A stretch of 64,000 nucleotides of DNA, taken from assembly GCF_030684315.1 (NCBI RefSeq), contig NC_081369.1:12748035-12812034 (forward strand), in the 5' to 3' direction. Position numbers and translations under genes: made by a program. The notes beneath the pieces were generated by a model, which saw only the letters and a list, made by a program, of their open reading frames with translations, did not search any database and was not told the origin of the DNA. Below, one piece after another: positions 38,400 to 50,920 of the stretch; the stretch's first letter is position 1, and each line of letters starts with the position of its first letter. Source of the DNA: Stegostoma tigrinum (Eukaryota).

Positions 38400-38800
38400 A
38401 AAGTTTACGTCGGAAACCGTTAAACCACACACTTCCTCCAGAAGTCATGTCTTCTTCCACCACCCCCCAAAGAGATTCTATTACATTTCTGACTCTCCAT
38501 TTAATTTTTCATTATCTTCAAAACACGCAAATTTAGACGACACATTAGCACAAAGGATGGTCTTGATATTTACAGTAGAGACTGTGGGGTGTGCGAAACT
38601 GAGGTCTTGCTAAATTTTAAACAATGGCACTTAACTGCAAGTCAGAATTGGGAACTAGCAGCCATTCTTCCGGGAGAGAGAGAAAGGATGTCTGTAAGTG
38701 CACGCGTGCGTACGCATGCTCAGAGCTAGGGAGGAGGAAGTGGCAAGAAGAGGGTGATGGGAGAGGGTGAGGAAACAGGGAGGAGGTTCTATGCAAACAG
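38400..38800. promoter_or_regulatory. Candidate intronic enhancer (RUNX, ETS and NRF1-like motifs)
   Basis: AACCACA at 38423-38429 next to ACTTCCT at 38431-38437; GGAAGTG near 38736; CpG cluster cacgcgtgcgtacgcatgc at 38701-38719. Confidence 0.4.
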
Positions 38801-40715
38801 TAGTCGAGTAAGCACACTATTTTTGAAAGAGTCATTCTTACCTCCCTTGAGGTCTCTCGAGTCCAGAAAAGCCAGCCAACAGCAAAACAAAAAAACCTCT
38901 TCAATCTTTTAGGCACATCAAGAGCCCATCTACCCCCCAACAGGTTAGCTTCCAGAGGTTAAACCTGAAATGGGTGCAATGAGATTCGGTTTCTAATTTT
39001 AAATGAACTTATTCTGTTCACTAAAATTTCTCTGCCCTTTCCCAAGTAAGACTGAAGAATAGATTACACAATCATTTCAGATTGTTAGATGCATGAGAAA
39101 TTACAAGTTCTTGGTTGACTAAAAAGGTTTAAACAATAAACTGCAGAAATCTCGTCTAAATAATACACTTTTACATAAATGGAAGTCATTTGCAGCAATG
39201 AAATTAATATGTTCAATTTCAATATTTAGTTTAGAAATTAAAGACATCAATTTCCATAGCACCGCTCAAGAGATTAGGCCACTCCAAAGCTAAAATACCT
39301 TGGTTACCAGTACTTTTGCTTCTAACGTATGCACAAATTCAGTCGTGCAAACAAATTTATGCCTGTTCTTTAGCATTAAGCTCTCTTAAAATGCTTAGTT
39401 ACACAACATATGAATTATAGCTGACAGAGCAAAATGCTAACACTTGCCAGATGCCGTTTCTTGATCCATGGCAACTGGTCAACCTTGGGCTCCTGCATGA
39501 CCACATCTTAAATCCTTTCTCTCTTCTTACAACTCAAAATCTTGCTTTTATCTTCATGAAGTGTGTTTCTGGTTTTGGTAGGAAGGTAGCAGTTGTAACC
39601 ATGCCCTCCCACAGCTTCTGTAATTGGAGACCATGAATCAGTGCAGTCACAGCAACGTCCAGCAAATCCACACCAACAGGAAATGGCAGAGACCACAGAC
39701 AACTCGTCTGCCCTCCCCCAAATCATAAATCCCCAAAAGAGTCTTTCAGAGATCTGCATTCCGACGTAGAAACCAAGCTCTGACTCATCGTTCTTGCACA
39801 GTCACATGAATCTGACTATTCATCTACTAACAGACCACAACTATTTTCACTGCATCCTACACTGTTCCCACCTGCTCCTGACTCATTGGAGTCATCAGGA
39901 AGTTCGAGGAAGGAGGAGGAAAGTGTACTTTAACATCATGTACACTTCAAGATTGCTTTAAATTAGCTAAACATGACACAGATATACAGGACTAAGTGGA
40001 ATTGTTCCAGGTCTAAGGACCGCAAGAAAAAGAAGCACGCTAAATCCATCACAAGTGAAACCTCTAAGCTTAGGATAGGCCAGAACTTGCATCAAGCACT
40101 ACGTTTTCTCCTCCATAGATACCTTATCAAGCTGGTCAGAATGTACAGTAAGCTAAATAGACTTAGTCCACAGAAGATTTCTTCTGCCCTTTGCTGGAGT
40201 AATACCTAGTCCCAAAGATCTTTTGCAACATCTGATTAGGTTTATTTTCTGTTTGTTGGATTTTTGAGCTGCCACTCCAGATTTCTTCTCCAGTAAGGAA
40301 GGGAAAATATTACCCTGGGATCTGCTTTATCAGCAGCTGGTACTAGACAAAGTGGCTACTGTACAACAGGAAAGCGTGGCAGTTCCGAGCCAAAGTACAA
40401 GGAGTTGGGAAGGAAGGGGAAAAAACTCACATCTTGCAGACTCCAGTGATGAACATAGTTTTCACTCACCAGGACCTCTATCTGAAGGCAAACCAAGTAA
40501 AATTAAATTTTCTTAATGGAAACATACAGAAAATAATTGGTGATATTAAAAAAAAGGGATAGAGAAAAAGGTAGAGTGAAAGGGTAAACAGTAGAAAACA
40601 GAAGATCAAGAGACAGTGAGGAAGTAGAAATAAGTGACCAAAAAACAATTAAAAATGCACCTCAGAAAAAAAAAATTCCATCTGAAAGGTTGGGAGCATG
40701 AAGCTAAATATGCAG

Positions 40716-40808
40716 AGATAGTAGGAACCGCCTGTGCTGGAGTCTGAGATAACCAGCTGTGGAGTTGGATGAGCACAGCCGGCCAGGCAGCAGAGGAGCA
40801 GGAAAGCT
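40716..40808 (-). mobile_element. About 90-bp PLE 3'-end insertion
   Basis: Matches the pLTR tail. 15-bp TSD aagctaaatatgcag at 40701-40715 and 40804-40818. Confidence 0.88.
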
Positions 40809-42279
40809 AAATATGCAGTTCCATTGTTTAACCAAAAGACTTTATAGCTGGACAAGAGAGCTTGTAAATTATTCAAAATTAACAGGAAGTCCTCAGCATG
40901 CCAGACACCATTTATCCTTGAATTACTGACTGTTTTTGTGAGACTTTGCTCCGTGCAAAGAGTCTGCCATATTTCCCAACTAAGTTCACTTCCAATAACA
41001 GTCTATTGGCTGTAAAACTTTGGAACATCATTAGAATTTATTAGATTGCTTCACTATTAACAAGATTACATTTTATAGTGTTTCAGGAGATCTTATCACC
41101 ATCGCTACATGGCCTAACAGCCAGAGACGTACAACTGTAATAAGGTCAGGTATGGCAACAGGCAGAACTGAGGTAGCTTTTATTTAATAACACGAGAGAC
41201 AGACTGCACATTGTTGAAAAAGGTCTCAAATGATGAATGCCTGCTTGAAGAGGGACTGGAAGGGTATTGTCACTTGTGGGACTGTAGCCTCTACAGGCAC
41301 TGTACATTTTTCAACAATGTGCAGTCTCTCTCATTTGTGTTATTAAATAAAAGCCACCCAAGATCTGCCTATTTGCATACCCAAATTCATTATTATTGTA
41401 TATGTCTGGCTCTTATGCCATATTTGACCTCCCATATTGTAGGTGTATTGGAACAGTTTGATTAAGGGCACAGCTGGAATAGTCCTCAGTATAGAAAGAA
41501 AGAAACAGGATGTTGTCACGTCCCACAACCTCTTCCGTAACAAAATAAAGAGTGCCTGAGGAACTCAGCAGGTCTGGCAACATCTCTGAACAAAGCTATG
41601 TTTCAAATTCAATTCCACTCTTCAGAATTCAGATTTCCAACATACACAGTGTCTTTGTTTTTGATGTATTTTTACTTTCTGGTAACATGTTCTTTCAGCC
41701 GTTTTCTCTGTATCACGGAGGGAATCAAACCAGCTAAAATCAGACATCTGCAATGCTGGGGACTCGGGTGGAGATGGTTCAACCCACTTGGCATTTCAAG
41801 CTGAAGAGGATTCCAAATGTTTCAGCTCTTTCTTTTGCAGTAAGATGCTAGGCTCAACCCCTCATTATCATTTACAGCTGGATTTGACAGTTGATATGGG
41901 AATCATTCCACTGCATCTATCATGTGCTGCTTCACTGTTCATCATGGATGTATTTCTGCTGTAACTGCACCAGGTCAGCACTTCTTTATTGGCAAGCCAG
42001 GTGCTGCTCCTAGCATACTCTCCTACTTGTTGAATCAGAGATACTTTCTTGGTTTAATGGTAATTACAGAGGGAAAAGATATGCTGGGTCCTGAAATTAA
42101 AGGCTATGGTTGAATAAGATCTGCAGTAGATGGCCTACAATACCCCACAGATACTCAGTTTTGAGTTCCTCGATGTGTTCTAAATTTTGATCCATTTAGC
42201 ACAATGGCACAGGGCCCACAGTGTGATGCTAGGACTTTGTTTCCAAGAAAGACTCTGAGGAGAGTAGGGTGCATCTGTG

Positions 42280-42850
42280 TTTGATTTTGATTTGATCACT
42301 GTCATACACAGTGAGGTACCATGAAAAGTGTTGTCTTATGAGCTGTACAGGGAGATCATACCATATATGACTGCAAGATTGAACATTACAGCTGCCTGGA
42401 AGGTGCACAGCATGCGAGGGCGAGACGGTGGGAGGTCAACATTCACACTAAGGAGGTCAATTTAAAAGTCTGATAATAGTAGGGAAGAAGCTGTTCTTGA
42501 ATCTGTTCAAACATATATACAAACTTTTATATCTTCTGCCCAACGGAAGAGGATGGAAGAGTTTAACCATAGTGGGAGGGGTCTATGATTATGTTGGTTG
42601 ATCTCCCAATGCAATGGTCAGTATAGACGAAGTCAACAGATGGGAGGCTGGTTTGCGTGACAGACTAGGCTGTGTTCACAATTCTCTACAGTTACTTTTG
42701 GTCTTGGGAAGAACAGTTGCCATACCACACTATGATGCGTTCAGATAGATACACCAAAGACAGCATCCTAAAAAGTTCAGAGAAACTTTATGGACATGCT
42801 GAATTTCCCTAGCCTCTTGGGGAAGTAGAGGTGTTGCTTTTCTCAAACTG
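42280..42850 (-). mobile_element. LINE 3' fragment (Rex1/L2-like by recall)
   Basis: gggaagaagctgttcttgaatctg...cttctgcccaacggaagagg resembles the antisense C-terminus of fish LINEs. Confidence 0.4.
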
Positions 42851-43269
42851 TAGTGTGAAAGTACACAGAGACCATTGAGAGTGACAAAGCAGTTAACACA
42901 CAGTGCTCTTGGCTTTATTAATAGGGGCACAGAATACAAGAGCAAGAAGGTGATGTTAAAGAATGAGGATAGATTGAAGAAGTCAGAACTGTTCTCCTTG
43001 GAGAGAACTCTGAGGAGTGATTTGATGGAGCTTTTCAAAATCATGAACAGCCTGAACCAAGAAGATAGGTAGAAGTTGCTGCCGAAATAAAAGGAAAAGA
43101 ATGACAGAGAATTAAAGTGATGTGCAAACCAAGTATGATGGAGAAAAATCTCGCAATGAGTAGTTATATAACGTCTTGCCTGGAAATGAGGAGGAGGCAG
43201 GTTCAATTGAAGCATTCATAGGGGTGTTGAATGATTATTTGGACAGAAATAGTGCACAGCGATATAGGG

Positions 43270-44545
43270 AAAGGCAGGAGATCATGTTGCGTGGCACTAT
43301 TAACCATGCTAAGTGGGAGAGACTTCGACAGATCTAGCAACTCAAGACTATGCAATGAGGCACCTCGAGCCATCAATAGCAGAACTGTATTCCAACACAA
43401 TCTGCAACCCAATCGTTACAATCAAGCCATGATATCAACCCTATATTGTTTAATGGAGAATGCAGGGAGGCATACCAGGAGCAATATATCTAAAAACAAG
43501 GTACAACCTGGTGAAGCTACAAAATGGGACTACTTGAGTGCCAACTAGCATTAGCAGCAAGTGACAGACACAGCAAAGCGACCAATGGATCACATCTAGT
43601 CATTTCAGTTCCAGAACATCTTTGCAGGAATTCCTCAGGGTAGTGTCCTAAGCCCAACTATCTTCAAATGCTTCATTCATGAAAATCAGAGGTGGGGATG
43701 TTTGCTGAAGATTGACAACTTCTCAGATGCTGAAGCAGTCCATATTCAAACAAGATATGGCTAATATCCAGGATTGAGCTGACAAGTGGCAAGTAAGAAT
43801 TGCTCCACACAAATACCAGCTAATGACCATCTCCGATAGGAGACAACCTAACCACTGCCCCTTGATATTCAATGGTATTACCACTGAATTCCCCACTATC
43901 AACATCTTCAGGGCTACCAATGACCAGAAACTCAACTGGGCTCACCATATAAATATAGTGGTAACAACAGCAGGTCAGAGACCAGGAATACTGCAGCAAA
44001 TAACTCACCTCCTGACTCCCCAAAGCCTGTCCACTATCCAAAAAGCACATTCAGGAGTGTGAAGGAACACTCCCCAATTTCCTGGATGAGTGCTGCTCCA
44101 ACAAGTTAAGAAGCTTGACACCATCCAGGACAAAGCAGCCAGCTTGATTAGTGAAATATCCACAAGCATCCATTCCCTTTAACACCGACACTCAGTAGCA
44201 ACAATGTATGCTATTAGTGAATTTCTGCAGTGCATCTGATAGAATATCCTTAGATAAGACCTTTCTAACCCATGAGCACTTCATCTAGAAGAATGGAGGC
44301 TGCAGATAAATGGGAACATCAAGTTTCTCTGAAAGCTACTTACCATCCCAATCTGGTATTATATTGCCATTCCTTCACTATTGCTGGGTGAAAATCCTGG
44401 AATTCCCTACCTAATGGCATTATGGGTCAACCTACAGCATATGGCCTGCAGTTGTTCAAGAAGGTAGCTCTCTAACAGCACCTCAAGGACAGCTAGGGGC
44501 AGGCAATGATTGCTAGCCAGCTAGCGACACCCATGTTCCACGAAT
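43270..44545 (+). mobile_element. LINE fragment (RT C-terminal half plus tail)
   Basis: GIPQGSVLSPTIFKCF and MFAED motifs, plus ORF 43823-44062. Confidence 0.8.
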
Positions 44546-47500
44546 TAAAAAATGTTTCAATTGTTACTCTATGATAAACAAAGAATTGCTGCTAAGGGTC
44601 CCAAGCAAGTTTGTAAGTATTTTATTTCTAGCCACACCAAAAGATTCAAAAATTATTTGAAGAGAAAAGACTTCATTGCGACTCATCAAATTCTGAGCAA
44701 TAAGGGCTACTTAAAATAAAGCATTAGCAAGTCAATTTTCTATATATCAATGTGTGCCTGCACTTACAACTACCATTTTCACAAAAGTAATGCCGGTAAA
44801 CAAGGGAAGAATGAAAACTGAGTGCTCAAATTAAATCTGATAATGGAAAACAAAAAAAAAATCAAATTCCTATAAACTTGCACTCAGGTCTACAAGTGTT
44901 CCAGCTGGTAACAACTGACAAAATGAAACAACTAAAGGAGTTTATACATTTTTGAATGTAATAACTAACTTTTTAACCGTAGTCATATTCTTGACTATTG
45001 TATAATGCGACAAGTTTGGTTTTGTTGAATAGAATTAGAGAAAATATGTTGGGAGTGAATCTTAAATCTATGTTAGAAGTTCAAAACCCACTTGTGCCTC
45101 AGAAATTGCATAGACTGAAAAGATATATGGGCCCAGATCAGTGGTAAAAGGATGTCTACAGGTGACCAAAGGCTTTTCATGAGTTTTGCGTGGTGACTTA
45201 ATGCTCCCAAATTCTTCCTCTGCAGGTAAGCGTTGTGGTAAAGCAACCCAAGACACGGCATGGTTCTTCAAATAGAGTTCAGTATCCTCAGACTCACAGG
45301 TGTTTTACCCAGGAACAATAAATCAGAAAGGTTAATGACAAAAATCATGCATAACTGGTGAATGAAGGGGTAAAAGGAAGATAGGATTGAGAGAGCTAAG
45401 AGCAAGGGTAAGGTTTCAGAATCTCCAATGATTACATTCCGAGGAAATTAGGATCTATGTTTGTGAACAGAAACTTTCACAGCCAAGGAGGTTTTTCTGA
45501 AGTCATGAACATTTAGTAGGACATTAAAAATTTGAACGTATGAGTATGAATCTTTTCTGGCATGTTTAGTAGGCAAATAGGTCAACTCTGTAATTCTGTC
45601 AATTCCTGCCTAATGCGGAGTCTATTTGCAGGGAACTGGTGTAACACAACTTACGGATACGTAGGACAGCAATATTTGGGGGTCTGACTTAACACGTGGA
45701 CTTCGGAAATTGTTGTTCCACCTACTCTATTAACTGTATTAAGCATTGACAGTCACTCAATTATTCTTAACACAATACGCGGCATATTCTTTAAATCAAA
45801 GTCTGGCAAGGCAAAAAGACAAATGCAGAGTATTAACTTACTACTCTGCCCAACAGCATGAACTGAAATGAGTCAACTGGCATTGCACTGTTCATTCAAA
45901 AACTGCTTAAGCCACTATATCCAACATTCTAACACCCAAATACAAGATACAAGTTCAATCAGCCAAAAGCGCAGGCAGTAAACAGTCAAACTACTCTGGC
46001 ATAAATCAGATACATGCTTTGTCACTCTTCCCCTCCAACCCCCAACTCCTCTATTCCTAAACAACAATCAGAATGGACGAAGCAGAAACATAGTGAAGTG
46101 GAAAGGAGAACATCGAATGTTACCTAGAGTTATTCTGTCTGGAGAATTGCTGCACACAAACTACCCACAAAGTTGTCAGACAAAAATCAGAATTAATTTT
46201 GGGAAGCCAACTAGTAGATCAAATACCCACGCTGCTGCTCTACTCATCCATGTTCCTCAAAAATCCTATCCAGAAAGATGTAAAAAAACCAACTTTATTG
46301 CAATATCCACTGGCAAAAATTATATTAAGTCTTAATACTAGTAGTCATACAATTCACACCTTTAACAGCGATTAAATAATATTTTTTAAATTATAAATAT
46401 TAATATCAGTTTGTTCTGTGGAGAAAATTCCCATGCATTCTAATGCAGTTTTTCTTAGTTGGGAATGGGGAAGATGGCGGGAAGGTAATATTTCCTACAT
46501 GAACCACAAGTAGTTTCCATAATTAATTGCAATGAAATTGGTGTAACTGTTTCACCCGGTTTGTTCCCATTAGTTTCTACTACAATTGATTTCGACAGAT
46601 ATGGAAAAATTTAAAATGCACCTTAAACTGCATATAAACCATCCAGAAATAGCCAGTATGCAGGCTCTCCTTTTTACTCCTTCTACACTAAGCAATCATC
46701 TGGCACTTATGTAAGCAAATATAGTTTTGATCCTTAACTCCAACTTGTCATTTTTACCATCCTGTAATTTTCCCTGAATCTATGCAAATTAGCAATCTTC
46801 AAGCAGAATACAAAAGATACATTTTTCAACTTTCCTGAGAATGTGTTGGTCAACACTGAAATTTGATGCCATTAAAAGGATTGTGAAAAACAAACTATCT
46901 TCCTGAGGCAAATCATTCATTTAACTAAAAGAACAGAAAGTGAATCCATGGGACAGAGCTAAATACCAAAACCCACATTATGCTCCAAAAGAATCTGAGG
47001 TTTTGGAAAGGCTCTGCTATGCTGCCTTGTCTGTTCTAAACTAACTACTTACAGACTCCATGACTTGCACTTTCCCTTAAAGTACATTCCTTAGAATTTG
47101 CCTGTGTGACAAATTGTACAGATTGGTCTCAGGCATTTAAAGCAAAGGCTGTAGAAGAATGCTGAGAGAAACATCAGTTTTGAACATGTACTTGATGTTG
47201 CATCAACATTATACTTTAAGTACCTAGTAAAAGTTTAGCAAAAACTGTCAAATTTTGCCACATATTTATTGGCTAAAATAAGCAATTTTCTTCTCCAAGG
47301 TGATAAACATGCAAGGTTAGTTACACAGAATAGGAGGTTGCCATTCAGTCCATTATGTATATGTCCGCTCACTGCAAGAACAACTTAGCTAATCTCATTC
47401 CAAAGCCCTTTCCTCTTCAACCCCACAATTTTACTTCCCCTATTGGCGTGCATCAAATTCAATCAAAGCCACAACTGAATCCATCTCTAGCACCCTCTCA

Positions 47501-47838
47501 GGCAGTGCATTCCAGATTGTAATTACTGATTTTTTTCTCAAATAGCCTTTAGCAGATTAACCACTTTAAATCCGTGCCTTCCAGTACTTGACCGATGTTT
47601 CTCCCCAAAATACTCAACTCCTCATGAATTTGAGCACCGATCAAAAATTGTCTGGATCCACTCTACTCCAAAAAGAAAACAATCCCAGTTTGTCTAATTA
47701 TTCAAATAACTGAAGAAACTATATATGAAATTACTTTTGTAAATCTTCTCTTATTTATTACCTCTCACTTCTGAGCTAAATTGCAACTGTCTATCCATTC
47801 CACCAACTATGGCCTCTTGAAATCTTTCCTATTGAGTT

Positions 47839-48928
47839 TGTTATGATCCAAGATGATATTACCTCAAACTATAATCCTGGATAAGACCATTATATTTACT
47901 GGTCATTAACGAGATCAAATTTCAGAATTGTTAACTCCTGGACTTCAAACTTTAAGTTTTTAAAAACAAAATAAACTTCACTTTAGAGATAATGGGAACT
48001 GCAGATGCTGGCGAATCCGAGATAACAAAGCGTGGAGCTGAATGAACACAGCAGGTCAAGCAGCATCTTAGGAGCACAAAAGCTGACGTTTTGGGCCTAG
48101 ATCCTTCTTCAGAAAGGTCTAGGCCCGAAATGTCAGCTTTTGTGCTCCTACGATGCTGCTTGGCCTGCTGTGTTCATCCAGCTCCACGCTTTGTTATCTA
48201 TAAACTTCACTTTACAAAGTTTAAGTAGAAACAATGCATCCCCTATAATAGCACAACTTGTATTCCAACATCCAGAATTAACATGAACTAACAAACTTTG
48301 GTTGAAGCCTTCACAAGAGCATTTCAAAACAACAGACATGGTTAGGATAGATCTCAGATTTCTTAGCAATAAACCCTGAGATTAGTAACAATGAGTCACC
48401 AAAAATCATTAAAACTTTGCCTTCTTAACAAACGATAGTAAATCTTCATGTTTGATGAGGTAGCCTCAGAGCTTCCTCAAAATCATTCTGACCCAAAATG
48501 CTACAGTAACCCGGTAGTTGAATCCCTCCTTCAATGACAAAATTTTCTAGGATTTCCCACAAGTATTTAATGACTGATACAATTCCAACTTTTTAACCAA
48601 GTAACTAGCTTCACCAAGCCACTGCGGCTTATAGTGTTATTTTAAATTTGTCTAGTAAGCAGCTCTTTAGTAGAGCTGCTGTGCAACTCCATTGAACTGT
48701 TAAGAGCTCTGATGTTAACGTGCACTTTGCCACCTGACAGCAGCACTTTAATAGTCTGGAGACCCTTGCCTGCCTCTCACTAGCTCACTGACTAAAAGTG
48801 ACTGACTCTTGAACTCATCTAGGTGACTTATCAAAAACCTTCCAACCCCTACTACTGAGCAAGGGAGCAACAAAGATTGTGTAGCTTAAACATTAGAATC
48901 TTCACAGGTGCCAGAATTCATCAAAACA
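47839..48928. mobile_element. Possible solo LTR hosting the 47986 mini-element
   Basis: TGTTATGAT...ATCAAAACA termini; flanks agtt/agct would be a 4-bp TSD with one mismatch. Confidence 0.35.
47986..48199. mobile_element. Fold-back PLE-derived mini-element with hammerhead motifs
   Basis: About 85-bp near-perfect inverted arms. Perfect 15-bp TSD ataaacttcacttta at 47971-47985 and 48200-48214. Confidence 0.92.
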
Positions 48929-49869
48929 AGCTAGTTTCTTCTCATTTGAAGTTAAACATAAAATGACCTGAGGATAACACAGCAATGACATCTCAGTAGG
49001 ATGCCTCAAATTGTCCGATAGAAACGACAGAGGGTGGATTGGTCAAAAACAGCAGCTCTGTTTTACCTGCCTAATCAAGGTACAAAAAGCATATTTGGGT
49101 TAATGTTTTCTGTAATAGTTTGATCAATATGCACTCTGAATGGAGCAGTTTCTTATTTTCCACGCAATTCAATTTAGAGGCAGGTCATGCCATTCTTTTA
49201 TTCAAAAAAATAGTGGCGAACAAAGTGAAAAGTCACCAGGCCTAGAGGAAGATGTAATTTGCTGCCCACCGTGACAAGATGTTTATCATGATATATGGTC
49301 AATATGGAAAATGAGCACAACCACATAGAACGGTCAACATTAGTTTCATTCCTAATCATTGTTCAATATACAAAAAAGCCAAGAGGCTAAGTAACTTCAG
49401 GATCAGATGGTATAACTGTAAACAGCTTTTTTTGGGGGGATTAGGGCATACTGACTGATCACAGTAGTTACCGAGACTTTCAGCTGTACAACACTTAAGC
49501 ATAAGTGGCTTTATATAAAAATACTGAAGCTTAGGTAAATGAGTGAATTCGAGTTTTTTGACCAATTTCTACCATGGCACAAGCAAAAACAAGCAAGCAC
49601 ACAGGGTCTGGCAATTCACTTAAGACTTTGTAAGAACAGCAAACCTTACTTGAAATGCGACATTACACTAATTCTTCATCAAGACCCAATATTCATTTAC
49701 AAAGTCAGCCTCACATGAAAATACTTTTTTGTACGTGAGCTGTTGGGTGTAAATATTCAACACCAATAACAGATTTTATGTAATATGTCTGTAAATTCAA
49801 AGCTTGGAACGTCAACTGGGTTAATATTTACCAAGGGAGGATTTATCACTTCATATTATATACTCTCCA

Positions 49870-50920
49870 AGGTTACTGCAGAAATAAAAGCACTTGCGTC
49901 GGAAGTGACTTTGGTATGGAAAGAAGATTGGCTAGTTAGTATGAAAAACAGACAAATGGACAATTTCCTGCCTGACAGGATGCAACATGTGGCATGCTAC
50001 AGGGATTAGTGTTGTGGTCTCAACTTTTATAATGTATATAAATGCCATGGATGAGGGGTGGAGGTAAATTAGCTAACAATATATAAGATAAATAGGAAAG
50101 TAAGTTATGAAAAGAACATAAGGAGGCTACAAAGGGTATAGATGGGTTAACTGAGCGGGCAAAGATCTGGAAAATGGTGTCTAATGTAATGTATAATGTG
50201 GAATTATCCAGTTTGGCAAGAATAAAAATCATTTAAATGGTTTGATATTGCAGAGTTCTTGAGATGCAGAGATCTTGGTGTCAGAGACTGCAAAGATCAG
50301 TATCAAGTATTGGAAGTAATTACAAAAATTAATATTTTACAACTGGAATTGAATATAAAAGTCAAGATGTTCTAACTCAGTTATTAATCAAACCACGTCT
50401 GGAATTTTGTGCAGAGCATGGGTCTCAGTTAAAGAAGGATGTAAATGCATGGAAATAATTTAGAGGTAGTCAAACATGTATTAATACCAGGACATGGCTA
50501 CCTTATTAAGGAAAGTTGGAGGTTACATTATGAACAGTGGTTAAGTCTGTATTCTCTGGGATTTTAGAAATAGCTTGACTAAAATATGCGAGCTGATGAG
50601 GGGCCTTTACAGGTTGGATCTGTAAAGAAAGGTTCCTCTTGTGAAGAATTTAGAACTGGGGGGGGTCACCATTTCAAAATAAGCAGTCACCCACTTAAGT
50701 CTGAAGACAAATCTCTCCACCTGTGGATTGAGTGTCTATGAAACGTTCTTCCTCAATAATGGAAGCAGAATTTTTGAATATTTTTAAAGGCAGAGGCAGA
50801 TGGATTTTTTTCAAGTATGGAGGTGAAAAGTAATCAGCAGTGGCTGGGAATGTGGCGTGACCAGATCAACCATGACCATACCGAATGGCACAGAATGACC
50901 TAATCCTGCACTTAATTCAT
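49870..50920 (+). mobile_element. Decayed CR1
   Basis: LQRV.DGLTERAKIWKM and IEYKSQDVL motifs. Confidence 0.7.

Noticed and set aside
42730-43548. 161-aa and 105-aa ORFs
   Set aside because: They lie in or antisense to decayed LINE fragments, with no recognisable cellular protein.
48762-48790. Minus-strand GAG GCA GGC AAG (EAGK), resembling the end of CBFB exon 3
   Set aside because: No GT directly after AAG, and the upstream sequence does not encode EYVDxER. Exon 3 is probably beyond the window.
49738-49772. Short imperfect hairpin (ctgttgggtg...caccaataacag)
   Set aside because: Too short and imperfect to support a miRNA or other ncRNA call.
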